This document shows, piece after piece, positions 30,737-41,840 of a DNA stretch of 64,000 nucleotides. The position numbers and the translations under genes were made by a program. The notes under the pieces are model-generated. The model was not told the DNA's origin, made no database searches, and saw nothing but the letters and a program-made list of their open reading frames with translations. Source of the stretch: Phaeosaccion multiseriatum (taxonomy: Eukaryota > Protista > Ochrophyta, other classes); contig OZ218959.1 in the NCBI GenBank assembly GCA_965112735.1, positions 1,488,001 to 1,552,000 of the forward strand. The letters run 5' to 3'. Positions within the stretch are counted from its first letter, which is position 1. Each line of letters opens with the position of its first letter.

Positions 30737-32082
30737 ATGGCGAAACATTCTTCAGCAAGTGTGCGAGTGCCGCCAGCACACAGCACGCACCAGACGCGAG
30801 GGAAAAAAAGAGAGGCACCCATCACCAATGGGGAGAAGACTGAGAACGGTAGTAGTAGCAGCAGCAAGAAAAGCAGTGGCATCAAGAAGCAAAAGTCCAT
30901 GAACTCGTTCTTGAACAACACCATACCTTCTGGCCTGGCCGCTGCGGCCAGCACCGCCGCAGCAGCAGCCTCTCCCCCGAGTCCCAAGGCCCCACGAGCA
31001 GCCGAGTCGAAGCACTCGCAACGTGCGCCGTCAGCTATACCACCGTCTCCGTCATCATTGTCAGCAGCAAGGTCAGAATCAGCGGTACCATCGCCAACTA
31101 GGGCGAGCGCGCGGGGAGCGGTAAGACGGGAGGGCATAGCAGCAGCAGCGCCACCAGCATCGCCTAGCGCTGCGAGGAAGCGTACCGCGGCGTCCTCAGG
31201 AGCAGCGCCGTCACCATCAGCAGCAGCGCTGTCACCATCAGCACCGCCACCAGCAGCAGCAGCCCCTCGCACCGGCCCCGGCATCATGCCTCCCGGATTC
31301 CTCGACTTGCAGCCCTGTGCCGCCCCAGGCTGCGCGGGCAAGGCCAAGAAGGGTTGCGAGCGGGGGCGCTGCCTACGCTGCTGCTGTAAGGAGGGCGGGA
31401 TGGGCCCGCAAAACTCATGCCTGGCGCACAGGGAGGCGCGCCAAAGGAAGGCAGCAGACGACCGACTCTTGTCCGGGGAGCACGAGAGTCAGGCAGTGCA
31501 GCAGGAGAAGGCGAGGAGGAAGCTGCCCAAGGGGACATTCCACGAAGACACGTTTCAGCACGTAGGGGACACATGTACCATCTGGTGCCAGCGGGACTTT
31601 GTGGGCAACAAGGCATACAGTCAGGAGACAATGGACGCCCAGCTGCGCTCTCAGGTGAGGGGAGGGAGGGAGGGGAAGGAGGGGCGCGAGCAGATGGGAC
31701 TCTCTCTTGTGTTCACGTTCTTCAGACTCTTGTTTGTCTTCCTCCCCTTACGCACTGTCTCGCTCTCTCTCTCTCTCTCTCTCTCTCGGTCTTGACTCTT
31801 CTTCGCCTTGTTCCTCTCACCCACTCTCTCGCTCTTTTCTTTCTCTCGCTCGGTCTCCCTGTGTGTGTCCGCGCGCGCGTGTGTGCCTGCCTGTACCACC
31901 TGTGCTTCCGTCTTCCTCCTCCCTCTCATCTGCAGCGCGTGAGAAGCGGCAAGGTGAGCGAGGCCGTGGGGTACCTTTCCGCCGCCCCCAGCGCCCGGGT
32001 CAGGGATAAGGGGTGGCAGGCGACCCACCAAAAGCTGTTCGAAAGGATGGCAGTGGGTGGGGGCGGGACGGGCAACCTGTGA
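30737..32082 (+). CDS. Ser/Ala/Pro-rich protein with a Cys/His zinc finger resembling the SHI/STY (DUF702) and DUS1L C-terminal finger. Exons 30737-31654, 31936-32082
   Basis: CAAPGCAGKAKKGCERGRCLRCCCKEGGMGPQNSCLAH; basic NLS-like patches; phase-0 GT-AG intron. Confidence 0.65.
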
Positions 32083-32974
32083 AGACAGATGGGTGGACGG
32101 ACGGACGGGCGAGGTAGAGGGACGCCATGTGATGCGCGATGTGGTGATACGATGCAAGGCGAACAACAGGGAGGAAGGGCACTGGATACCCGCCGGGATA
32201 AGTCGGGCGGGTATGGACTCGGGAAAGCTACGACGCAAATCGAAAGGATTAGGAGAGGAGAGGAGAGGAGAGGAGAGGAGAATGATGCTCTTGCCCTTGG
32301 GCTGGGCGGTGGCCCTTGGCGTATTGCGGGCCGTACATACACTGTTGGGTGTACGGGCAGGAGAGGGAGGGCCGACAGACGAGCAGGCAGCAGCTTTCGT
32401 CACACACACATTTAGTCTTACACCGACCCCTTCTGCTTCTTCTCGCCGGGTTGAAGTTCATTTTTAATATACTTTGCGCTTGCTGGCATACTTCAACATT
32501 GTCATCGTGTGCATTATTGACATAAGAGATGGACATAATATCGACGTAAGGCAAAGGCGAAGGTATTCGCAGCGCTCTCTCTTCTCTCTCTCTCTCTCTC
32601 TCTCTCTGCGTGCCCTCCCTCTCCCCCCCTCCTCCTTAGGCCTGCCCCTGAGCACCTCAACTCAGGGGAGGGGAGGAAGGAGAGGGGGGGGCATACAAGC
32701 AGAGCAGAAAGCGCATGGGGTCGGGTGGGTATCCATCGACTGCCATCAAATGTACCATCCATCGACTTCCATCAGATGTACCACCCATCAACTTTGACCG
32801 ACGTAAGGGAGCCCATTGGCCCATTGGCTGGCTCTCTCAATGAGGTGGAAGGGCGGAAGGGAGGGCCCCTCTTCTCAGTGTGCTGGACGGGCCCCTTTCC
32901 TCTCCACTTTGCTTGTTGCAAGTGCGTTGGCTCGCTTGCCTTATAGACGAAGCAAGCGAGGATCAAGCGGAGGG

Positions 32975-33007
<33 letters not shown>

Positions 33008-33258
33008 ACATTCCCTCGCTCTGTACACAAAATTGTGGGTCAGAAACAAGCTGACACACACACACGCTATTTCGTGAAGTGCAGAGAGGGGAGCACGGCG
33101 GTTACACTGTAAGCAGCGGTTACACTGTGAGCTGTGCGTGAGGCCTCCCCCCTTGCGAAGTTGCTCACGGGCCGATTAGTGCGAGGATGCGCTCTCTGCT
33201 GCCATCGGTTGCCATCTGCGGCCTTCGGTTGCCTTCGGTTGCCATCTGCCCCCCCCCA

Positions 33259-33969
33259 TCACCCGTCGAACTGTGAGTCCATCTCATCTTGCAGCTCCGC
33301 CTCCTTGACGGTCCGCATGCACGCCATGCCCATGATAATGTACAAACCGCCCACCCCCATCATCATGAAAGCGACAACATCCTCCACATCGTCATAGGCG
33401 CTCTTGCCCCCTCCCTGATCCCATGTGATGAGCCCAACGAAGATGTAGAACCCTCCTCGAGCGATCCAGTTCCCTAGGAAGCCTGGGGGTGGGTGCGTGC
33501 GTGTTGGGTCAAGAGGATGTGTGTGTGTATGGAGGGAGGTGCGTGCGTGTGTTCGTGTGTGTGGGTGCGTGTGTGATGGGGGGGGTGCAGCATCAAGGGG
33601 AGGCTCTGGCTCTCCAGGCTGCTGCTCGCCGGGTGGCCTCTGGCTGTGGAGTGCTTCTCCTTTTCCTTGCGTTGCTTTCCACACTTTTGTCTGCAATGCT
33701 TTTGCCTTTGCGTTCAATTGCTCTTGCGTTTACTCACCGAAATGCTTCATAAAGCCTCTGGATTCGAGCTCACTCATGATGACAATGATGCAGAAGAAGA
33801 TACCGTACACTCGGAGAGCCACCGCCCGTACTGCGCAGCCGAGAGCAGAGCAGAGCAGAGCAGAGCAGAGCAGCATCGGCAGGAGAGGAGAGGAGAGGGA
33901 GGAGCAAGAGCAAGACCAGGAGAGCACGGAGAGGAGAGGAGGGGAGAAGGTGAGGGAGAGCAGAGCAGA

Positions 33970-34036
<67 letters not shown>

Positions 34037-34621
34037 TGGAAGGGGGCGGAGTGGTCAATCAGCTCATGATACAGTAGTATGGAGGGAGGAGGGAGTAGAT
34101 AACCGTCTGTCTCTCTGTCTGTTGATGCCAGTGCCTCACCTCCTGAATTCCAGTTCTTGTAAATGATGTAGCAATTGACGGCTGCCACCACCACGGCCAG
34201 CAGGATGGTGAGGCACAGCATGAAGCGGAAGAAGACGAGGGTCCTGCTCGCGCCGCGCCTCCGCCTCACAGAGCTTGTGTGAGACCCTTGACGGGAGGAG
34301 CTGTGGCAACGGTCCAGTCCAATCCAGTTCAGTAATGCATGTAGTATGCGCAGGAGCGGGCGCAGGTACACAAACAGACACAATACAGACGCGAGGGGGC
34401 GGGAGCCGAAAAGGTCAAAGAAGAGACGAGGCAGGGCGTTGACAAGGGCGTGTGAGGGATAAAAAGAAGAAAGGGGGTGGGAGGGGGGTGTGCAGGAGGT
34501 GTCCAAAAGAAAATTCGCACCTGCTACCTCCCTCGGCGCTCTTTCCCTCCTCGTTGCGGACGAGGTCATCCTCCAATCGGGCCCTGGCCCAGTCGGGCTC
34601 CTGTGCCTTGGAGCTTGGCAT
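33259..34621 (-). CDS. COPI-associated/TVP15-family multi-pass Golgi membrane protein. Exons 34621-34521, 34273-34140, 33830-33738, 33482-33259
   Basis: Four hydrophobic helices and the family-type motif RVYGIFF...SELE...FGFLGNWIARGGFYIFVG. The first acceptor (AAG) was chosen by phase. Confidence 0.8.
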
Positions 34622-35026
34622 TTTTTCTCTGGTGGTACGATTACTTTTGATACGTTTCAAGCTGCTTGGGCCTGGGCCGGCAAATTTCTCCAATCCTCCT
34701 TCCCTGCGAAAAAACACACTCTGACAGAGTGTGGAGAGAAGGAAGTGAAAGTGTTGTACTCGATTTGAAAGAGAGGAGAGGCGGTTCGCTTTAAAGAGTG
34801 GTGGTGTTCGGCAAGTCGCCCTTTCTACCAGCTCGCTCTTTGACATTTGAAAAGATCTTGGCCTTGAGGATCCCTCAAGTCCCGAGTTGAGTGAGTTTAA
34901 GCAAGGCAGAAGAAAGATTGGAGCGAAGGACGACAATGGAAGCACATTGGGAAGAAGGGCCGGTGGGGAAGAAGCTGTAACTGTGTAGGGTTTGTGGGTT
35001 CAGAGTGCAACAAGCGCCTAAACGAG

Positions 35027-37948
35027 ATGCAGGCGTCCAGAGTAAGGCGCCTGGCTTCGGCGGCTGCTGTTACTCCGACAGCCCAGCTCGCGAAGCAGGA
35101 GCTGCTGAAGCAGCAGTGGAATGTGCTGGGAGCCGGCGCGGTGGGCACCCTCTGGGCAGCCACGCTCTGCAGGGCAGCCGAAAGGGCAGCAGGCAAGGAC
35201 CAAGGCGAGGCACGGGCTGCAGCCTGCAAGCTTTTACTGAGGGCCGATGCCTGGGAAGCCTTGGGCAAACCCGCGCAGGTGGATGTGTCTATAGGTGCTG
35301 AGGTGCTTTGTTTACTTTATCCCCCCCCCCGTTTTGCGGCTCTTGTGTATGATGAAAGAAGTGGGAGGAGGATTTGGCAATGTCAGCCCTGTCCTTGGGA
35401 TTTCCTGGGGGAAAGTGAGCCCGAGGGAGCGGAGGGAGGACGAAGAACGATTACACCTGTTTGCGTACGCCCTGGCACTCGACTATCCCTCCTCCTCCCC
35501 ACGCCCCCTTACCCTCCCGCTCCTTCTCCTCCCCTCTGCTGCAGGGCTCAGTGACTGTGGAGGAGCTCGTCTGCTCTGCTACCGGGTCTGCTACTACTAC
35601 TGCTGCTCCTGCTGCTGCTGCTGCCCAGTCGCCTCCAGTGTCCACGACGACATCCTCCGAGGCCGACGAGGATGACATGGGCCTCAATCTGGCCAGCCTC
35701 GCAAGCCGCAGCAGCGACCCACAACACAGGCGCAGGTCAGTGTGTGCGTATCGCGCTGCTGTTGTGGCCAGGCCCTACCCAACCCCACCCAACCCAACCC
35801 AACCCAACCCAACCCAACCCAACCCAACCCAACCCAACCCAACCCAACCCAACCCAACCCAACCCAACCCAACCCAACCCAACCCAACCCAACCCAATCC
35901 AACCCAATTCAACCCAACCCAACCCAACCCAACCCAACCCAACCCAACCCAACCCAACCCAACCCAACCCAACCCAACCCAACCCAACCCAACCCAACCC
36001 AACCCAACCCAACCCAACCCAACCCAACCCAACCCAACCCAACCCAACCCAACCCAATCCAACCCAACCCAACCCAACCCAACCCAGCCCAACCCAACCC
36101 AGCCCAACCCAATCCAACCCAATCCAACCCAATCCAACCCAATCCAACCCAATCCAACCCAACCCAACCCAACCCAACCCAACCCAACCCAACCCAACCC
36201 AACCCAACCCAACCCAATCCAACCCAACCCAACCCAACCCAAAGGTGGGACGTACATGTCCCTCTCGACTCGGCCGGCAAGAAGAAGGAGGCGTGGAGCA
36301 CTCTGGAGGAGGAGAGGGAGGGCGATATCTCCCGTTTGCTCTTGACTACCAAAGCCTATGATGTCAATGAGGCACTGCAGTCGGTACGGCGAAGGCTAAC
36401 GGAGGATGCGGTGGTGTTAATCATGTGTAACGGCATTGGGGCATACGAAGATGCGATGGGAGATGAGTCGTTGGGGTTGGGCACCAAGAAGGTGATGTTG
36501 GCGTCTACTACCAATGGAGTCTTCATGCCCAAGAGGTGAGAGGTGGGGGAGGGGACGGGACGGGAGGACAGGAGGGAAGGAGGGTAGGAGGGAGGGAGGC
36601 AGGGAGGGAGGGAGGGAAGGGGGGGGGGAAGGGGGGGAGAGAGGGAGGGAGGGAGGTTTTGTCTTCTTTTCGCCTGCGATGCCGACTGGTTTTCGCTAGC
36701 CCCTCTCCTCACTCACCTTAGCTGTAACCGTCTGCCGTAACCGTCTGCCGTAACCGTACTACCGTGACGTATCCTTACGTAACGTAGATTCAGTGTGGCC
36801 CACACCGGGGTTGGAGTGACGTGGGTGGGCAAAGCCCCGGGGGGGCAGGCAACACCCGAAGAGGTAGAGGAGGTGGTGAGGTCGCTGTCTCAGTCAGGAC
36901 TTGAGGTGAAGAGCTCAGGCCGTATGATGCACAAGTTGTGGTACAAGCTTGCCGCCAACTGTGCCATCAACGGGGTCGCCGCCATACTCGGAGCCAGGTG
37001 GGTGGGGGCAGGGGGCAGGAGGGAGGAGGGAGGAGGGAGGAGGAAGCTGCCTGCCTGCTTGTCAACCCATCTTCTTACACCTCCCTCCCTCCTTCCTTCA
37101 CCCCCTCCCGCCCACCACAGCCACCCACCCACCCACCCGCCTCCCTCCCTTTCTCCCCCCTTCACCCCCTCCCTCCCTCTAATCCCCCCTCCCCATCCTC
37201 CTACCCAGCTAACCAACCACCCACACACCTATCTACCTACACGTCTTGGTACCCTTGCTTGACCTTTCCCTGTGTCACAGAAACGGCTTACTCGGCCACC
37301 CTCGCGCAGCAGGGCTTGTGGAACAGATCTGCGAGGAAGTGGTGATGGTCATGCCGGCAGATGAGAGGGGCGACAAGCCGGCGGTGGAGGAGGTACATCG
37401 CTTCGTGCAGGAGGTGATCAAACACACGGCCAAGAACCTCTGCTCCATGGCTCAGGTGAGGGCGGGGAGGGGAGGGGAGAGGAGAGGGGAGGGGAGGGGA
37501 GGGGAGGGGAGGGGAGGGGAGGGGAGGGGAGGGGAGGGGAGGGGAGGGAAGGGAAGGGAAGGGAGGGGAGAGGAAAGGGGGGGGGAGGGGAGGAAGAGAG
37601 GGACGAAGCCTCTACTTATTGTTTGTTTTGATTGCTGCCTTTGCTCTTCGTTGTGCACGCCCTTTTCGTGTGAGCTGTGGAGGGTCTATCAATTCAATGT
37701 TGTTTGACAAGATGCTAACATGCTAACAACATGCTACCAACATGCTAATGAAATGTCCACCCCCCCCTCCTTCCTTACAGGACGTGTTTGCCCTTCGTCC
37801 CACGGAGGTGGAGTACATGAACGGTTTCGTGCACCGCAAGGCTGTGCGAATGGGCAAAGAGGCACCCCTCAACGGGGTCATCAGGGATCTCGTGCTGCTC
37901 AAACAGGTGCAGGTGGCTGACGAGCAGCTGCAGCAGCAACGCTCTTGA
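35027..37948 (+). CDS. panE: Ketopantoate (2-dehydropantoate 2-)reductase, PanE/ApbA family. Exons 35027-35278, 35545-35735, 36245-36535, 36788-36997, 37281-37455, 37781-37948
   Basis: VLGAGAVG, TTKAYD, MCNGIG, STTNG, catalytic KLAANCAING, CSMAQDV and TEVEYMNG. The Arg/Ala/Ser-rich N-terminus suggests mitochondrial targeting. Confidence 0.9.
35775..36241. repeat. (AACCC)n pentanucleotide satellite filling panE intron 2
   Basis: About 465 bp with occasional AATCC/AGCCC variants. Confidence 0.95.
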
Positions 37949-39279
37949 GTGGTTGGTGATACATCATCACACATCGCTGTTTTTTTGTTCGCTGACGAGC
38001 TGCTGCAACAGCAGCGCTCTTCGGAAGCTGGTAATACATCATCACGCTTTTGTTCGCCGAGCAGCTGCTGCTGCTGCAGCAGCAGCAGTTGGTGATACAG
38101 CAGCAGCTCTCTTGAGCGGTTGATGCTACAGCAGGCTTTCGCTTGCCGCCGAGCAGCAGCAGGAGCAACAGCAGTTGGTGATAGAGCAGCAGCAGCAACA
38201 GCAGGCTTCGCTCAACTAGGATCCAAAAGCCCAAAGCCAAAGGCCAAGAGCCACGCCAAGACCAGCAGCACTCTTTCACTCTCAGATATCAGCGCTCCAG
38301 GCTCCGCGTCGCTTTTCATCGGGGAAGATTGATCATGAACTGTGTGCAGTGCTTGGACTCGATGTCGATGTCGATGTCATGTCGATGCCGATGTCGATGT
38401 CATGTCGATGTGCTGCAACACAGTAGCTGAGGGCACAGCATGGAGAGCGGCAGCGAGGGGGGGGGGGGGGGCAAGGATAGGAGCAGAGAGGGAGCGGCAA
38501 GGGTAGCAGCAGTGAGAGAGGGGGCGGCAAGGAGAAGAGCAGCGAGGGGGAGGCAGGATTGACACTACTGGTGGTCACGCACGCACGCACGCACGCACGC
38601 ACGCACACGGGTGGCTCGACGGGCAGTAGATGGCAACGGATGGTGTGTACAGGCGTGATAGATGGCAATGGATGGTGTGTGTGATAGTGTGGGGGAGTGC
38701 AGCCTCCGTTGTCTTCTTTTGGACTGCTGCAGATGGACATTAAAATATGTAAGTAGGGCGGGTCGGGTAGGGCAGGGTAGGGTAGGGTAGCGTGGGGAGG
38801 GAGGGGAAACGGTAGTGCAGCTCTTGCTCTCTCTGTCCAAGCATTCGGTTCGTAGTGGGGTAGTGGTAGCAGCATGGTAGCCAGCGCAAGCAAGGACTGT
38901 GGTGGGGGGAGGGTACGGCAACCAAACCCATCAGAGGACGTGGGGGTATATGTGTATATATCTTCGGGAGCCTTCACTTTTGTTGCCTTAAGCGGGTACA
39001 GCCGAGGAACAAACGTACATACACCCTTGACCCCTCAAGCCGAGGTGGTGGAGGGTTAGGATTGTTTTGTTGTCCCGAAGCCCCACTCTCCGATCCCGTG
39101 CTATGTGTTAGTGCTAGCTGCTTGTCTCCTCTTGGGGGGGGGGGGTATATGCAGTGTGGAATGGGGTAGGTAGGGATAGGGGTAGGTTGGACACAAGAAG
39201 GGACCCCCCCCCCCCTCTCTCTCTCTCTCCCTTCGGCGGGATGCGGAGTGTGTTACAAACGAGAGGCACACACACACAC

Positions 39280-39311
<32 letters not shown>

Positions 39312-39803
39312 TAGATCGAGACAAAGAGGGAAAGAGATAAGTTGAGGGAAGGAGAGGGAAAGGGAGGGAGTGACAATGTGCAAAGCGTGTGCAATTCTTG
39401 TTTGCGACAGTTACGACAGTTACGCCGACTTGTTATTCTTGTTCTCGTCATTATCCAAATCATGCTTGCGACAGTTACGCCGACTTGTGGTTATTCTCGT
39501 CATTGCCAGCTCAGGACGATGACGCCGGGCCCGACTTGCTCCTTGCTCCTCTCACCTCATCGTCTTCGATGAACAGGGATGTGACTACGCCATCGTCATA
39601 TCGTTCACCGGAATGGTTTCTTATAATATTAATTATAATTAGTGTACATTGTTCGAAGTTGGAAGGGAAGAAAGAAAATCTCTCTCGCAGTCAAGCCGAC
39701 CAGAGAGAGAGCGCTTCTGCTTTACTCATCCCTCCCTCTTCCCCTCCCCTCCCCTCCTCCCCTCCTCCCCCCTACTCACTCGGACCGAGCAATCCCAAAC
39801 GGT

Positions 39804-39898
<95 letters not shown>

Positions 39899-40614
39899 AA
39901 TCATCATCATCATCATCATCACCGCCGGCAACCGCCCTCCACCCCCCCATAACGGCCTTCTCCCCCTTTTCCCGCCAAAGTATACACGACCAAGTGCTGT
40001 ACTCTTGTGTGTAGCGCACGACTCAACTCAGTGCTGTCGTGAGTGCCTCACTGTCGTGGGACTGTCGTGGGTGAGCTGAACCCCCTCTGTGTGTCCTTTC
40101 CTTGGAAAGGGTCAAAGGGAGTAAGCACCCAGTGCAGTACCCAGTGCCAGTGGTCTACTCCTACACCCCCCCCTTTGATTGCTGCCATTTGCGCTGTGTG
40201 TGCAGTTGGGATACCTGCCCGCCCTAGCCACACCCACTCATTTACCCACCCACCCACCCGCCCGCCCAACGACCCAACCACACCCACCCACCCACCCACC
40301 CACCCATTCAGAATAACTCCATCTCCCATCCGGAGGGGCCTTACTGCCTCCTTACATGTTACACTGGGAAGAGACCAAGGCGAAGCTTTTGACCTCGCCC
40401 TCTCTTTCCTCTGACCCCTCTTATCCCCCGCCATACCCCCCTTCATGTACCGTTCCTTCCATCGTCAAGTCAAAATTGTCGACACCAAGTGCTTCAAATG
40501 CACTGCACCCGTCTCGCTCGCTCAGTCTGACAGCCTGTCAGCCTGTCAGTCTGTGTTGCGGTTGCTGCTGCTGCTGCTGCTGCTGTCGTTGTCGTCGTCG
40601 TCGTCGTTCTTCTT

Positions 40615-40710
40615 GTTTGTTGTTGTTGTTGTTATTGTTGTTGTTGTTGTTCAAGGGTACTTAAAGAAAACGAGTCGTTTTCTTTAAGTACCCTTGTGTT
40701 GTTGTTGTTT

Positions 40711-40787
<77 letters not shown>

Positions 40788-40890
40788 GCTGTTGTTGTTG
40801 CTGTTGTTGTTGTTGGTGTTGTAGTTGTTGTTGTTGTTGCTGCTACTGTTTGTTGTAGTTGTAGTTGTTGTAGTTGTTGTAGTTGTTATC
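40615..40890. repeat. (TTG)n/(AAC)n microsatellites downstream of the PUF stop codon
   Basis: Visible trinucleotide runs; neighbouring (CAG)n(CAT)n runs lie at 39805-39920. Confidence 0.9.
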
Positions 40891-41279
40891 GTCGTTGAGT
40901 TGCTGTTCGTTGCAGTCGTCGCTTCGTTGTTCCTCTTTGATCTCTCCTCCTCCGTCCCTCCGCCCCGCGCTGCCTGCCGGCCTTCTGCTGCCATCTCCAA
41001 TCCATCTCTCGACTGTCTCAATGTGCCTCATCACAACACAAACATGCCCTCCGTCACCATCGCCATCCTTCTCCTCTCCTCTCCTCCCTTCCATTCGCCA
41101 TCAACTGCCATTTGCTCTCTCTGTCGACAAGGCTCTCCTCCCTCTCCCATCCATCACCTCCATCCACTGCCATCTACTGCCCACCCTACCCCATCCACTG
41201 CCATCCACTGCCATCCCCCCTACCATCCACTGCCATCCCCGCTCCTCTAGGGCGCATGTGTGTAGCTGCCTTCATGCCC

Positions 41280-41805
41280 TCAGGAAGAGGGCTTTGGGGC
41301 AGCAGCAGCCGTTGGTGATACAACAGCAGCAGCAGTTGGTGATTCAGCAGCAGCAAGGGGAGGTAGAGTCTCGGCTGCAGCGGCTTCCAATCACAGAGCA
41401 GAGAGCATAGAAGAACGCACACAGCAACAGGGAGAGGAATGGGGGGAGAGACGGAGAGAAAGATAAGAGTAACAGAGAGGGAAGGGGGAGAGAGGGAGAG
41501 AGTGAGAAGGACGGACGGAGGGAGGGAGGGAGGGAGAGGGAGACAGAGAGCAGGACAGGAGAACGGGAGAGAGTGAGAAGGACGGAGGGAGGGAGGGAGA
41601 GGGAGACAGAGAACAGGACAGGAGAACGGGAGAGAGTGAGTGAGGGAGGTAGATGGAGAAAAGAGGGTGGGGGAGAGAGAGAGGGAGAGGTGGTGAGAGT
41701 GAGAGGAGAGAGTGAGGGAGTGAGAGAGAGGGAGAATGAGAAAGAGAGAGAGAGGGAGGGAGAGAGAGGGAGGGAGAGAGAGGGAGGGAGAGAGAGAGGG
41801 AGAGA

Positions 41806-41840
<35 letters not shown>

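Noticed and set aside
35672-36361. TQPNP / GLGWV repeat proteins
   Set aside because: They are a by-product of the stop-free (AACCC)n intron.
38300-41200. Independent gene between panE and PUF
   Set aside because: The ORFs are homopolymeric or lack coherent splice and phase structure; this is more likely UTR or intergenic DNA.
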